DNA from: Myxococcales bacterium
GTDB taxonomy: Bacteria; Myxococcota; Myxococcia; Myxococcales; UBA5297
Reading direction: 5' to 3'
Assembly: GCA_050288705.1 (NCBI GenBank)
Contig: JBNKEI010000169.1
Span: 1,108 to 65,107, forward strand
DNA: 64,000 nt
Shown here: positions 17,901 to 29,151 of the stretch, piece by piece
Position numbering within the stretch: position 1 is the stretch's first letter
How the letters are laid out: every line of letters begins with the position of its first letter
Made by a program: the position numbers and the translations under genes
The notes under the pieces: model-generated
What the model saw: only the letters and a program-made list of their open reading frames with translations
Told to the model about the DNA's origin: nothing
Database searches by the model: none

Positions 17901-19658
17901 TTGGAGCTGTTTCCGGGCAAAAGATTTGAAAAATACGAAATAATTAAGCGGCTAGCCACGGGCGGAATGGCCGAAGTTTATCTTGCGCGCACGCTTGGCC
18001 ATGCCGGCTTTTCCAGGCCAATTGCTCTCAAACGAATCTTACCGGATTTTGCTCGCGAGCAAAGATTTCGCGAAATGTTTTTGCGTGAAGCCTCGGTAAC
18101 AGTCCACCTGGATCATCCAAATATTGTTCGCGTTCTCGATTTCATCGAGGAAGATGGCGAGTTAATTCTGGCCATGGAATACATTAATGGAACTAGTCTC
18201 AAAGAACTGCACAATGCCTCTCTTTCGCGAACAGCTATAGACAACTCGCCAGGCATCAGTCCCCTGCTGGCAGCAACTATAGGAGAACGTGTTGCGAAAG
18301 CGCTCGATCATGCCTGGCATGTTCCTGGTGATCACGGGCATCCATTACATATTGTACATCGGGATGTAAGCCCTCAAAATATACTTTTGTCATATGAGGG
18401 AGATGTAAAATTGGTTGATTTTGGCATTGCCAAACCAGCTAATGAAAATACCAGCATAGGGGGCATAAAAGGAAAGCTACAATATTTATCACCAGAGCAA
18501 GCCAAAAGCGAGGAACTCGACGAGTGTTCCGACATTTTTGCTCTGGGAATAGTGCTATATGAAGTAGCGTTAAATCTTTCTACCCCGCTTTTCGCAGCAG
18601 AGAATCAAGCGGGAGTGCTTTATGCTGTACTAAATCGAGAAATTATTCCGCCAGTATCGAAAAAGCCAGATTTTCCTCCGCGGCTCTCTTCGGTAATCAT
18701 GCAAGCGCTCGCCCGCAAGCGTAAGAACCGCTTTCAATCCGCCGAGGAGTTTGCGAGTGCGCTAAATCAATCAATACATCTGGAGACCACGAACCCTGCG
18801 GAATGCGACCTAGTAGCTTATATGCGTTCACTATATGGGGAGACGAAAAAATTTGAATTGGCGCATTTATTATCTAAACAAAAGGTTCACACCAAAAAAC
18901 CAGAAAAAATCGAGACATCTATTCATTATAGAGCAAAAAAAATGCTCAATAATTCTGTTCCGTTGGCGCCAATAGAGCAGTCTAAAACAATCGCCGATAT
19001 CTCAGTAAGCCTGCCTGGCACTATACTTCCTATTAATATTCCCATTGAGATCACCGAAACAGAGAAATCGGACAAAAGAAAGTTGCGAATCGGCGTTATC
19101 GCTGGTTTATTAGTCGCTGTACTATTGGGCGCGTTCATTGTCAAAAAAATTATGCAAAAAACAGATGATTTGCACTCGTCTACTACCGAGACATTGCGGT
19201 CTTCTGCCGCTGGCCAAAACAAGGTTGCCACTCCGTCGAACCACGTATCGCCGCCGCCTTCGGAACTCGATTCTGCGAATTCTACTAAAGTAAAAACAGA
19301 CGCCCAGGAAGCAATCTTGGCAACCAAAAAGGACCAGACAACGACTCAAGTCCAGCGGAAAAAACCGATTAATCCCCCGCCGCGTCGAAAAAAAAAGCAA
19401 TTGGCAATCAAGAAACCGGAAACAGGCACTCTGGTCATTAACCTAAGACCATACGGATGGGCAATCATTGGCATTGACGGAGAAACTCCTAAACTAAATG
19501 ATACGCCAGAAATTACTCGGAAGCTATCCGCTGGTCCTCACTATATTCGTATTGCTTCACCGAATGGAAAAGTAATTACATCAAAAAAAATAGAAATAAA
19601 ATCTGGAAAAAATACCGTTGTGAATATTGGGAACCTCTTAAGCAAAGAGCAGCATTGA
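17901..19658 (+). CDS. Hanks-type Ser/Thr protein kinase, single TM segment, C-terminal PEGA-like domain
   Basis: LATGGMAEVY, ALKRI, HRDVSPQNIL, DFGIAK, YLSPEQ; TM IGVIAGLLVAVLLGAFIV; GTLVINLRPYGWAIIGIDG. Confidence 0.9.
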   Translation: MELFPGKRFEKYEIIKRLATGGMAEVYLARTLGHAGFSRPIALKRILPDFAREQRFREMFLREASVTVHLDHPNIVRVLDFIEEDGELILAMEYINGTSLKELHNASLSRTAIDNSPGISPLLAATIGERVAKALDHAWHVPGDHGHPLHIVHRDVSPQNILLSYEGDVKLVDFGIAKPANENTSIGGIKGKLQYLSPEQAKSEELDECSDIFALGIVLYEVALNLSTPLFAAENQAGVLYAVLNREIIPPVSKKPDFPPRLSSVIMQALARKRKNRFQSAEEFASALNQSIHLETTNPAECDLVAYMRSLYGETKKFELAHLLSKQKVHTKKPEKIETSIHYRAKKMLNNSVPLAPIEQSKTIADISVSLPGTILPINIPIEITETEKSDKRKLRIGVIAGLLVAVLLGAFIVKKIMQKTDDLHSSTTETLRSSAAGQNKVATPSNHVSPPPSELDSANSTKVKTDAQEAILATKKDQTTTQVQRKKPINPPPRRKKKQLAIKKPETGTLVINLRPYGWAIIGIDGETPKLNDTPEITRKLSAGPHYIRIASPNGKVITSKKIEIKSGKNTVVNIGNLLSKEQH

Positions 19659-19977
19659 ACATATTTATAATTATCATTGGTTACATTTTATTATGCGCTA
19701 ATTGTATATTCGCAAGGCGGGGCCAAGACCTTCGGCATCCCCCGAAGAGCAGGCAAACTACGAGTGCTGAGACTTTACGGCGGGCACTGTTGGTTCATCA
19801 GACCAGACAAGCAAGAGTTGTACTTTTGGGCACAATCGCAGTATCCGGTTAAGTGAACAACTTTTCCGGATAATCGGGTTGCTTTGCGACTCACCTTCAC
19901 GCAAAATTTGTCCGCCAAGGAAGCATTCGAGCGGGTCTTGCATGATGCGAAACCTGCAAAAAGTGCAAGCTTATCGC

Positions 19978-20760
19978 ATGAAAGATTTTCTTTTCTCCAA
20001 AACCATTGCTCTCACCGGACCTTATGGAACCGGCAAAACCGAAATTGCCCTGGGGTTGGCTCTGCAAGCTGTACAGTCTATTCGGCCGGAAAGTAAAGGC
20101 TTTAACGAGGTGGTCTTAGGCGACTTAGACATATTGAAACCCTATTTTCGCTCGCGCGAGGCTCGCCATTTTCTCCAGCAAGCCAGAATCAAAGTGCTTT
20201 GTCCTCCAGATACTTGGAGCTACAGCGATCTTCCGGTTTTTGCTCCCGAACTGCGTAGATATTTGGCGGGAACTAATTCGCAAATAATTTTGGATGCGGC
20301 CGGAGACTCCGCTGGCGCCAAGGCTTTGGGCGCGCTGTCGGACATCCTTTCGACTAAGGATCACCAGTTGCTTTTGGTAATCAATCGTTACCGTCCATTT
20401 TGCAATTCCGCAGAGGAGCTAGTGGAACTAGGCAAGCGCATTACCGACGCTGCGCAAATGCGCATTACGGGAATTGTTTCTAATACCCATTTTGTCGAGC
20501 ATACTACTGCCGATGACGTGGAATGGGGCCTTGATCTTGCTCGCCGTGTGGCCTATCAACTGGAGGTGGGCGTACGTTTGCTGGCAGCTCCGGAAGAACT
20601 TCAGTCTACCTTGCAAGCTAGAGAAGATCTCCCGCCACAACTGTTCATTCGCCGACGAATGATACCCCAGTTTCTGGGCGGAGTGGCGCTTTCACCAGGC
20701 GTCGGTTCGTCAGATTCACAGGCTGGCGCCTTTGGAAGAGTTGAAAAGGAGCGTTATTGA
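19978..20760 (+). CDS. P-loop ATP-binding protein (MinD/ParA/CobQ-like) associated with vor operons
   Basis: TGPYGTGKTE Walker A and DLDILKPYFRSRE motif. ORF track starts at 19879; ATG 19978 preferred. Confidence 0.75.
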   Translation: MKDFLFSKTIALTGPYGTGKTEIALGLALQAVQSIRPESKGFNEVVLGDLDILKPYFRSREARHFLQQARIKVLCPPDTWSYSDLPVFAPELRRYLAGTNSQIILDAAGDSAGAKALGALSDILSTKDHQLLLVINRYRPFCNSAEELVELGKRITDAAQMRITGIVSNTHFVEHTTADDVEWGLDLARRVAYQLEVGVRLLAAPEELQSTLQAREDLPPQLFIRRRMIPQFLGGVALSPGVGSSDSQAGAFGRVEKERY

Positions 20761-20972
20761 TGAATCGTTTGGAGATAGACGCTAACCGGTGCAAAGCATG
20801 TCGGCTTTGCATTCAGGCATGCTCAAAAAAGCTTCTAGTTCTTTCCACTAATCTCAATGAAAAGGGATACCATCCGGTCATGCTGGGCGATACCTCTGCC
20901 TGCATTGCCTGCGCTTTGTGCGCAACTGTGTGTCCAGAAGGCGCTATTTCCGTCTTTAAAAAGAAAAAATAA
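20757..20972 (+). CDS. 2x[4Fe-4S] ferredoxin, delta subunit of 2-oxoacid:ferredoxin oxidoreductase
   Basis: CKACRLCIQAC and CIACALCATVCP. Confidence 0.9.
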   Translation: MMNRLEIDANRCKACRLCIQACSKKLLVLSTNLNEKGYHPVMLGDTSACIACALCATVCPEGAISVFKKKK

Positions 20973-21031
20973 GGTGTCAAGAAAAGAACTAGCTCAACTA
21001 CTTGAGTCTAGATAGACGAGAAAGGGACCCC

Positions 21032-22123
21032 ATGGAATCTCGGACCCCAAAAAGCCTCGCCCCTTCACAACGGGTATTGATGAAAGGAACCGAGGCGATT
21101 GCCGAAGCAGCTATTCGCGCCGGTTGTCGATATTTTTTCGGCTACCCTATTACCCCCCAAAACGAGATTCCCGAGTACATGTCAAAACGGATGCCTCAGG
21201 TGGGAGGTGTATACCTACAAGCGGAAAGCGAAGTAGCTACCTCAAATATGCTGTATGGTAGCGGAGGAAGCGGCGCACGGGTAATGACTAGCTCTTCTAG
21301 CCCTGGCTTATCGCTCATGTCCGAAGGCATCTCCTATATGGTAGGAGCAGAAATTCCTGCGGTAATAGTTAATATGATGAGAGTAGGTCCCGGACTTGCC
21401 GGAATTGCTCCCGCCCAAAGCGACTACTCGCAAATGACGCGCTCGTTAGGCCATGGCGACATGAAAACTATTGTTCTGGCACCTGGTTCGGTCCAAGAAT
21501 CAGTAGAGATTACTCCTCTAGCTTTTGATTTGGCCGATGAATATCGCAACCCAGTAATAATCATTGGCGATGGACTATCTGGTCAAATGATGGAACCAGT
21601 AGTTTTTCCAGAAATTCAACCAAAGGCATTCGACAAAAATTGGGCGGCAACGGGAAAGAGTAACACTCGCTCTCGCAACCTCATCAGCTCTTTGCGGCTG
21701 GATCCGGAATCTATGGAACAGCACCTACATCGGCTTTTTGAAAAATTCAATCGCATTAAACAGAAAGAGCAGCGCTGGGAAGAGTATCAAATGGACGACT
21801 CGCCCCCAGTAGTGCTTTGTGCCTACGGAACTACCTCGCGAATTTGCAAAACCGCCATCCGTGAGCTACGCCAGAAAGGTTTTCGCACTGGTCTTTTTCG
21901 GCCAATTACTGCTTGGCCTTTCCCCTCTGAAGCACTAGCCAAACGTGTAAAGGAAACTCGGGTTTTCCTGTCGATAGAAATGAGTATGGGACAGATGGTA
22001 GAAGACGTACGCGCCGTAGTGGGACACAAACGTCCGGTTGAGTTTTGGGGTCGTACGGGAGGAATAATTCCCACTACCGAGGAAATAGTCGACCAGGTAA
22101 AAAAAGTATTCGCAGCCCTCTGA
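21032..22123 (+). CDS. vorB: 2-oxoacid (ketoisovalerate-type):ferredoxin oxidoreductase alpha subunit
   Basis: LMKGTEAIAEAAIRAGCRYFFGYPITPQNEIPEY, QAESEVA, MTSSSSPGLSL. Confidence 0.85.
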   Translation: MESRTPKSLAPSQRVLMKGTEAIAEAAIRAGCRYFFGYPITPQNEIPEYMSKRMPQVGGVYLQAESEVATSNMLYGSGGSGARVMTSSSSPGLSLMSEGISYMVGAEIPAVIVNMMRVGPGLAGIAPAQSDYSQMTRSLGHGDMKTIVLAPGSVQESVEITPLAFDLADEYRNPVIIIGDGLSGQMMEPVVFPEIQPKAFDKNWAATGKSNTRSRNLISSLRLDPESMEQHLHRLFEKFNRIKQKEQRWEEYQMDDSPPVVLCAYGTTSRICKTAIRELRQKGFRTGLFRPITAWPFPSEALAKRVKETRVFLSIEMSMGQMVEDVRAVVGHKRPVEFWGRTGGIIPTTEEIVDQVKKVFAAL

Positions 22124-22136
22124 TGCAGGAGCAAAT

Positions 22137-22967
22137 ATGTCTATTCTTGCCAAAACATCTCCGTCTGCAGGCGACGAAAAAGTGGTGCTTAAAAGAACAT
22201 CCATTCTTACGCCCGCCTACTTCCATTATTGCCCTGGCTGCTCCCATGGACTCGCTCACCGGCTATTAGCAGAAGTCATTGAGGAGCTGGGTATTCAGGA
22301 AAAAACTATTGGAGTTGGATCGGTTGGTTGTTCTGCGCTTATATACGACTATCTAGATATTGATTGGCATCAGGCTTCCCATGGACGAGCCCCAGCAGTA
22401 GCTACTGGTGCCCGCAGGGCCCTGCCACCCGACCGATACCTATTTACCTATCAGGGTGATGGCGATCTTGCTTCCATCGGGATAGGGGAAGTAATTCATG
22501 CGGCCAACCGAGGAGAAAAATTTACGGTAATTTATGTAAATAATGCCATTTACGGAATGACTGGGGGACAAATGGCTCCCACTACCCTTCCAGGAATGCG
22601 CACCACTACTTCTCCCACTGGCCGTGACACCAAATCTTGCGGGCATCCTATTCGCATGTGCGAACTGCTCAACACCTTAGTGGAGCCTAAGTTTATTGCA
22701 CGCGGAGCTTTGAGTTCACCAAAGCACATTATTCGATCCAAGAAGCTAATAAGGCAGGCATTCGAGCTTCAGCATCAAGGCTTTACTTTCGTAGAGTTGC
22801 TTTCGGCTTGTCCAACCAACTGGGGGTTAGTTCCTACTGACGCCGTTAAATGGCTGGAACGCAATATGATTCCATTTTTTCCTTTAGAAACATTTCGCGA
22901 ACCCGGAAATACGCCTCCTGCTGCGCAACATTATGCGCCTGATCTCCAAGTGGAAGACAAGGTTTAG
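22137..22967 (+). CDS. 2-oxoacid:ferredoxin oxidoreductase beta (TPP-binding) subunit
   Basis: HYCPGCSHG, HGRAPAVATG, YQGDGDLASIG, NNAIYGMTGGQMAPTT, ACPTNWG. Confidence 0.9.
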   Translation: MSILAKTSPSAGDEKVVLKRTSILTPAYFHYCPGCSHGLAHRLLAEVIEELGIQEKTIGVGSVGCSALIYDYLDIDWHQASHGRAPAVATGARRALPPDRYLFTYQGDGDLASIGIGEVIHAANRGEKFTVIYVNNAIYGMTGGQMAPTTLPGMRTTTSPTGRDTKSCGHPIRMCELLNTLVEPKFIARGALSSPKHIIRSKKLIRQAFELQHQGFTFVELLSACPTNWGLVPTDAVKWLERNMIPFFPLETFREPGNTPPAAQHYAPDLQVEDKV

Positions 22968-23020
22968 GATTTTATGCCTTGCGCGAATATGGAGGAGAGC
23001 GATAACAAAAAGGAGGTTCT

Positions 23021-23557
23021 ATGGCTTGGACAAATGTGTTGATTGCTGGCTTTGGCGGCCAGGGCCTTTTGGCAATTGGAAAGATTTTGGCCTGGGCTAC
23101 TATGGAAGAAGGAAAACACGTTACGTGGCTTCCTTCTTACGGACCGGAAATGCGCGGAGGAACCGCCTGCTGCGTGGTTACTATTGATGATTCGCCCATC
23201 GGCTCTCCGGTAGCCAAGTACTATCAATCGGCAATTATCATGAACAAGCAATCATTTAATCGATTTGAACCCTTTGTAGCACCCAATGGCCTATTAGTAA
23301 TCAATAGCACCCTCGTAGATAAAACAAGCAATCGAAAAGATATTCGAATTCTGTATGTACCTGCAACGGAATTAGCAGAAAAAGAGGGAAACTCTAAAGC
23401 AGCAAATTTAATTATGCTAGGCGCTTACGCAGTGTCCAGTCAAAACGTCAATCTCGAAAACATAGAAAAATCTATTAAAAATACTTTCGAAGCAAAAAAA
23501 AACATTTTGGAAATTAACCTTCGGGCTTTCCGTAAAGGGTGCGAAATTGCGTATTGA
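23021..23557 (+). CDS. 2-oxoacid:ferredoxin oxidoreductase gamma subunit
   Basis: IAGFGGQG, WLPSYGPEMRGGTA, ANLIMLGA. Confidence 0.9.
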   Translation: MAWTNVLIAGFGGQGLLAIGKILAWATMEEGKHVTWLPSYGPEMRGGTACCVVTIDDSPIGSPVAKYYQSAIIMNKQSFNRFEPFVAPNGLLVINSTLVDKTSNRKDIRILYVPATELAEKEGNSKAANLIMLGAYAVSSQNVNLENIEKSIKNTFEAKKNILEINLRAFRKGCEIAY

Positions 23558-23695
23558 GCTAGCTTCAGCAAGCATCGCCGAAGGCCAGCCTGCCGGCTAA
23601 AAAATTTATCCAAAATTGCATGTTGAAATCGAGCGCGCCGACGTGTAAACCGCAGACACACTGTCCGTTTCAAATTGCCAGGAGCCTTACTTCCT

Positions 23696-25603
23696 ATGAG
23701 CACTAACCCGCGAGCCTGGACCATTGCCGACTCTTTGGAAACATACGCTATTCCTAATTGGAGTTCGGGCTACTTTGGCATTAACCAAAAGGGACACGTC
23801 GAGGTCCATCCCCAAGGACCACAAGGGCCAAGCGCCGATCTGAAAGAATTAGTTGACGAAATCATCCGCCGAGGAATCGACCTCCCAGTTCTTTTACGAT
23901 TTACCGACATACTTAGCAGCCGAATAAACGCCTTAAATGAAGCTTTCCGCCGCGCTATTCAGGAAAATGGCTTTTGTGGTGAATATCGCGGGGTCTTTCC
24001 GGTAAAAGTCAACCAGCACCGCTGGGTGGTTGAAGAAATTATTCGCCTGGGACAGCCTTTTCATTATGGGCTGGAGGCTGGCAGCAAGCCAGAGTTAATG
24101 GTGGTAATGGCGCTTCTCGACGACAAAGACGCCCTGATCATCTGCAATGGCTACAAAGACGAAGAATACATTGAGACCGCTCTTTTAGCGAATAAAATGG
24201 GTCGAAATGTAATCTTGGTAGTGGAAAAAATCAGTGAGTTACAGCTTATATCTAAGGTTTCCCTCAGAACTGGCATTCGACCAAGAATTGGAGTTCGCGT
24301 TAAGCTTTCAAGCCGAGGAGCCGGACGCTGGGAAGCTTCTGGAGGCGATCGTTCAAAATTCGGGCTTTTTGCCAGCGAATTAATGGAAGCGCTTTCCTTT
24401 CTTAAAGAACATAACCTTCTCGACTGCTTTGAGCTGATGCATTTTCATTTGGGAAGTCAAATATCCAATATTCGCAGCATTAAAAATGGACTGCGCGAGG
24501 CAAGCCGATTCTACGTAGAACTATGCAAGTTAGGAGCTCCGCTGAAGTATCTTGATGTAGGGGGAGGCTTGGGAGTGGATTATGACGGCTCTCAAACCAA
24601 CTTTTCTTCCTCGATCAATTATACTCTGCAAGAATACGCTAACGACGTGGTTTATACGGTCTTTGAACAGTGTGAAGCTGAAAAAGTCCCTCACCCCACA
24701 ATAATCACCGAATCAGGTAGAGCTTTAGTGGCTCATCATGCAGTGCTAGTAATGAATGTGCTAGGCACTTCCGAATTCGAAGTTAAAAAGATTTCCGAGC
24801 AAATTCCTGACGATGCGCCGTCGGTACTCAAAAATCTGTTCGCCACCTATCGCGAGGTTACCCGCAAAAACGTTACCGAAGCTTATCACGATGCCCTGGA
24901 ATACAAAGAAGAGTGCCTTACCCGGTTTTCTTTAGGCCATCTTTCTTTAGAACAGCGGGTTATGGCGGAAAACGTTTATTGGGCTCTTTGTCAGAAAATA
25001 TTACGAATTTCCAAAGAGCTGGATGATGTACCGGAAGAGCTTCAATCCCTGGAAAGAGCACTATCGGACATTCTTTTTTGCAATTTTTCCGTTTTCCAGT
25101 CGCTTCCCGACTCTTGGGCAGTAGATATGCTTTTTCCCATTATGCCTATCCATCGGCTCAACGAAGAACCCACTCGACGGGCAGTGTTAGGCGACATCAC
25201 TTGTGATTCTGACGGAAAAATTGATCACTTTATTGATAAACGAGACGTCAAAGATACGTTGGAAACTCATCCCATTACCGATCAGCCTTACTACTTGGGC
25301 ATTTTTTTAGTAGGAGCATATCAAGAAATTCTTGGCGATCTCCATAATCTACTCGGAGATACTCATGCAATTCAGGTAAGGATTATGCCTTCCGGTTATG
25401 AAATTGAGCACGTGGTACCCGGTGACACGGTTGCAGAAGTTCTTCACTATGTCATGTACAACCGCGAAGAGCTTATGACTCGTCTGCGTCGGGCCGCCGA
25501 GTTAGCACTACGCGAAAACCGAATCACCATTGAAGAGTCACGTCATTTACTGCGTACCTACGATGAAGGATTGAGCGGATATACCTATTTGGAACGAGAG
25601 TAA
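23696..25603 (+). CDS. speA: Biosynthetic arginine decarboxylase
   Basis: FPVKVNQ (PLP Lys), [51 protein letters not shown]. Confidence 0.95.
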   Translation: MSTNPRAWTIADSLETYAIPNWSSGYFGINQKGHVEVHPQGPQGPSADLKELVDEIIRRGIDLPVLLRFTDILSSRINALNEAFRRAIQENGFCGEYRGVFPVKVNQHRWVVEEIIRLGQPFHYGLEAGSKPELMVVMALLDDKDALIICNGYKDEEYIETALLANKMGRNVILVVEKISELQLISKVSLRTGIRPRIGVRVKLSSRGAGRWEASGGDRSKFGLFASELMEALSFLKEHNLLDCFELMHFHLGSQISNIRSIKNGLREASRFYVELCKLGAPLKYLDVGGGLGVDYDGSQTNFSSSINYTLQEYANDVVYTVFEQCEAEKVPHPTIITESGRALVAHHAVLVMNVLGTSEFEVKKISEQIPDDAPSVLKNLFATYREVTRKNVTEAYHDALEYKEECLTRFSLGHLSLEQRVMAENVYWALCQKILRISKELDDVPEELQSLERALSDILFCNFSVFQSLPDSWAVDMLFPIMPIHRLNEEPTRRAVLGDITCDSDGKIDHFIDKRDVKDTLETHPITDQPYYLGIFLVGAYQEILGDLHNLLGDTHAIQVRIMPSGYEIEHVVPGDTVAEVLHYVMYNREELMTRLRRAAELALRENRITIEESRHLLRTYDEGLSGYTYLERE

Positions 25604-25605
25604 CC

Positions 25606-26634
25606 ATGACTACCTATCGAGAAGCCGGCGTCGATATTGAAGAGGGCGACCGACTTGTAGAGCATATTAAGCCTTTAGCCGCTAAAACCTTACGTCCAGA
25701 AGTATTATCTGGAGTAGGAGGGTTTTCTGGGCTATTCGCCTTGCCACCAAATAAATATCGAGAACCAGTATTGGTGTCTGGCACTGACGGCGTAGGAACA
25801 AAACTGAAATTAGCTTTTCAATCCGGCCATCACGACACTATCGGTATTGATCTAGTAGCTATGAGTGTCAATGACATTGCCGTATGTGGTGCGGAGCCAC
25901 TGTTTTTCCTAGACTATTTTGCCACCTCGCGACTGCGAGCCAACGACGCCGCTGAAGTTATCAAAGGAATTGCTGAGGGCTGTCGCCAAGCAGGATGTAC
26001 TCTATTAGGAGGTGAAACCGCAGAAATGCCTGGTTTTTACTCGGATGGCGAATATGACCTGGCTGGTTTCGCGGTGGGCGTGGTCGAGCGGTCCCAGATT
26101 ATTGATGGAAAAAAAGTCCAAGCCGGAGATGTAATTCTAGGGCTAGAGTCTTCTGGACTACATTCCAATGGTTACTCGCTAGTGCGTAAAATTTTAGAAG
26201 AACGGGCCATTCCGTTAACTTCTTCCCCAATCGGCCTTGACCGACCCCTCCTCGACCTATTGCTTGCCCCTACCAAAATCTATGCCGCGGAGATAGCCGC
26301 ACTACAAAAAAGTGTGGAGATTTTGGCTATCGCCCATATTACCGGGGGTGGAATTCCGGGAAATCTTCCCCGGACTTTACCTCGGGAGACTAGTGCGCTA
26401 GTACACTTAGATTCTTGGTCCCGTTCTCCGCTCTGGAATTACCTAGCTCAACAAGGTTCTGTTTCGCTGAACGAAATGCTATCTACTTTCAACCTAGGAA
26501 TTGGACTTACCGTGGTTGTGCGACCAGAACAGGCGGTTACTGCATTACAAGTTATTCATGAGAGTGGCACGAACGCCTGGAAAATAGGAGAAATTGTTTC
26601 TGGCGCAGGTGAAGCCAAGGTAAAAATTGTCTAG
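25606..26634 (+). CDS. purM: Phosphoribosylformylglycinamidine cyclo-ligase
   Basis: [43 protein letters not shown]. Confidence 0.95.
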   Translation: MTTYREAGVDIEEGDRLVEHIKPLAAKTLRPEVLSGVGGFSGLFALPPNKYREPVLVSGTDGVGTKLKLAFQSGHHDTIGIDLVAMSVNDIAVCGAEPLFFLDYFATSRLRANDAAEVIKGIAEGCRQAGCTLLGGETAEMPGFYSDGEYDLAGFAVGVVERSQIIDGKKVQAGDVILGLESSGLHSNGYSLVRKILEERAIPLTSSPIGLDRPLLDLLLAPTKIYAAEIAALQKSVEILAIAHITGGGIPGNLPRTLPRETSALVHLDSWSRSPLWNYLAQQGSVSLNEMLSTFNLGIGLTVVVRPEQAVTALQVIHESGTNAWKIGEIVSGAGEAKVKIV

Positions 26635-26649
26635 CTATCGTTTACCATC

Positions 26650-26684
26650 ACCCTCTCCCCCTCCCAGGAGATGAGGGAGAGGGT
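26650..26684. repeat. Intergenic inverted repeat (REP-like or terminator)
   Basis: ACCCTCTCCC...GGGAGAGGGT between purM and purN. Confidence 0.5.
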
Positions 26685-26761
26685 AATGACATAACCCGGT
26701 TGCCTTGCTACCCGGTCTGTTTTCCCATCTATCTAGCGATGGGGCGCTTTTTGGAGAAAAC

Positions 26762-27406
26762 ATGCTTTCCATAGGTATTCTGGCTAGCGGTAGGGGCTCC
26801 AATCTTCAAGCCATATTAGACGCTTGTCAGCAACAACGTATCCAAGCAGAAGTGGCCCTGGTTCTTTCTAACAACCCGGAAGCGCACGCTTTGGAACGAG
26901 CTGCAAGCATGGGCGTTCCCACTGCACTGCTAGACCATCGAGAATTTGCTACCCGCGACGGATTTGAGCAGGCCGCAGTGGATTGCATGAAAGCCAAAGG
27001 AGTAGAATTAGTGTGCCTAGCTGGCTTCATGCGTCTTCTTTCCGCCACCTTTTTGTCGGCTTTTCCCGGCCGTGTGCTGAACATTCATCCATCTCTTCTC
27101 CCTTCATTCCCAGGGTTGCATGCCCAAACTCAAGCCTTAGCGGCGGGAGTGCGCTTTACTGGCTGTACTGTTCATTTTGTGGATGAAGGGATGGACACGG
27201 GACCAATTCTTATGCAAGCAGTGGTACCGGTTCTCCCTGGCGACAATGAAACCACCCTGAGCGCCCGGATTCTGGAACAAGAGCACCGTGTTTTCCCAGC
27301 AGCCATTGATCTTTTGGCGCAACGAAGGGTACGCATAGAAGGCCGTCAAGTACACGTCGAGGATGTGAAAGGCCCTAGCCTTTGTTTAGTCAATCCCTGC
27401 TGGTAG
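26762..27406 (+). CDS. purN: Phosphoribosylglycinamide formyltransferase
   Basis: ASGRGSNLQA, LAGFMRLL, LNIHPSLLPSFPG, GCTVHFVDEGMDTGPI; ATG 26762 with GGAG RBS. Confidence 0.95.
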   Translation: MLSIGILASGRGSNLQAILDACQQQRIQAEVALVLSNNPEAHALERAASMGVPTALLDHREFATRDGFEQAAVDCMKAKGVELVCLAGFMRLLSATFLSAFPGRVLNIHPSLLPSFPGLHAQTQALAAGVRFTGCTVHFVDEGMDTGPILMQAVVPVLPGDNETTLSARILEQEHRVFPAAIDLLAQRRVRIEGRQVHVEDVKGPSLCLVNPCW

Positions 27407-27425
27407 AAGAATATGCAAGGACGAG

Positions 27426-28985
27426 ATGATGCCACTGACATCGCCCGCTCCCCCACCAAAAGTTTTTCGTCCCAGCAGTTTAGTTGCTTCTTCGAAATCT
27501 GTCTCTCCATCCCGCCATGTGTACGACGTAATAGTTTTAGGTGGCCAACTGGCAGGAACTGTCGCCGGTGGGATTTTGAGCAAACATGGATTCCGCGTTC
27601 TGCAAGTAAATAATTACGGGCTAGATACTTCTTACGAGCACCAGGGGTATCAGTTTCCTTATGCACCCGCGATTTTCCCCCATTTTCGACGTATTCCCGC
27701 AGTAGAATCAACATTTGCCGAGCTGGGTATCTCCGTGGAAGTCAATCGCGCCTTGGAGTCTTCAGGCGGAGAAATCCAGTTTCTCTTACCTAATCATCGC
27801 CTTGATTTTCCTTCGGAAAAAGAAACGAACCGGCGTGCTTCCGAATTGGAGCGCGAGTTTCCTCTCCACAAAGATCGCATTATTGGATTTCTGGCTTCGC
27901 AATCTGCCTGGGTTGAAACCACCCATGCCCTTTTTGGAAGCCACGTATCCTTGTCTCCGAGCAATTTCTTGGAGAAACTAGCAATAAAAAAATTCATTTC
28001 GACAAATTCTAGCTCTTTCCAACCGATGAACGGTTGGTCAGAGCTAGATGATCTACCTTTGGGGCAAGCAATCCGCGGGCTCTACCCCTTTCTGGGATAT
28101 CTCCACGAACCCCAAGTTGGAAGCGTCGGCTGTCAGCGAGTAATGGCTTTGGCGCTACAAGGTGTGTATCGCTTCCCGGAAGGAATTGATGGTCTTAGAA
28201 ACATCGTTGCCCGTCGGCTTCAAGACCTTGGCGGCGAACTTCAGGGACACAATTCTGAAAGAACCGTGGTGGAGGAACTTCTTTTTGAGGGTGGTCACTT
28301 TTCCGGCATAAAGCTTGCATCTAGTCCACATGCTTTCCGTGCCAAGTGTTTAATTGCGGGAACTGATTTAGAAAGCCTAGCTGCTCTGGTTTCGCCAAAA
28401 ATCAAAAGAACCGGATTCGCGAATCTTTTCCAGGCAATCCAGCCGCGGCGTAGTCTTTTGGCAACCAATCTGGTAGTCAAAGCTGCAGGATTACCTCTAG
28501 GGCTCAAAGAATTGGCCATGATAATCTCAGATCTTCTGCCAGAGCCGGTTCTCTTAGAAATTGTTCCTGCGCGAAAAGCAGGCGAGAAAATTCCCGATGA
28601 GCGCATTCTAAGCGTAGCAAGCTTTGTCCACAGCAGCGAACACCAAGCCTCGGAAGAAAGACTTGCCACCCTGGTCGCAAAACTTGAGGCCGTTATCCTT
28701 GATCTAGCTCCTTTTCTCACGCCCTACATCGTAACTCGCTCCACCCCTTATTTAGATGCCAAGTTTTTAAAAACCGGCAAGTTTCTCTATCACCCTCTTT
28801 TAGAAATAGACTCCCCAAGGTATCTAGGGATCTCTGGCCTTCCACATCGAACCCCCTGTAAAAATTTATTTTTGGCTAGCCGGGAAGTACTTCCCGGGCT
28901 AGGAGTCGAAGGCGAAATTTTGGCAGGAGCGCGCACAGCCACTTTAGTGCAAGAATCTCTAAAAAAGTACAATCCCCTGCGTTAG
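27426..28985 (+). CDS. FAD-dependent oxidoreductase, phytoene desaturase-like family
   Basis: YDVIVLGGQLAGTVAG Rossmann motif; C-terminal TPCKNLFLASREVLPGLGVEG. Confidence 0.75.
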   Translation: MMPLTSPAPPPKVFRPSSLVASSKSVSPSRHVYDVIVLGGQLAGTVAGGILSKHGFRVLQVNNYGLDTSYEHQGYQFPYAPAIFPHFRRIPAVESTFAELGISVEVNRALESSGGEIQFLLPNHRLDFPSEKETNRRASELEREFPLHKDRIIGFLASQSAWVETTHALFGSHVSLSPSNFLEKLAIKKFISTNSSSFQPMNGWSELDDLPLGQAIRGLYPFLGYLHEPQVGSVGCQRVMALALQGVYRFPEGIDGLRNIVARRLQDLGGELQGHNSERTVVEELLFEGGHFSGIKLASSPHAFRAKCLIAGTDLESLAALVSPKIKRTGFANLFQAIQPRRSLLATNLVVKAAGLPLGLKELAMIISDLLPEPVLLEIVPARKAGEKIPDERILSVASFVHSSEHQASEERLATLVAKLEAVILDLAPFLTPYIVTRSTPYLDAKFLKTGKFLYHPLLEIDSPRYLGISGLPHRTPCKNLFLASREVLPGLGVEGEILAGARTATLVQESLKKYNPLR

Positions 28986-28999
28986 ATATGACAGCCGAC

Positions 29000-29029
29000 A
29001 ATTCTCTCTCCCGATTGAGGGAGAGAATT
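29000..29029. terminator. Hairpin between convergent genes
   Basis: AATTCTCTC...GAGAGAATT inverted repeat. Confidence 0.5.
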
Positions 29030-29151
29030 CGCTCTAGGTCTAGTTTTTACTCCATGATCATCTCCTGAGAGAACTTTGGAGGCCTCTCAGGCTCTCATAG
29101 CTCAAGGCTCCAAAACGAGGGAAATTGTCTAAAATATCGCTACCAAACAAT

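Noticed and set aside
19655-19975. Short ORFs or ncRNA between the kinase and the ATPase
   Set aside because: No RBS, motif or convincing structure.
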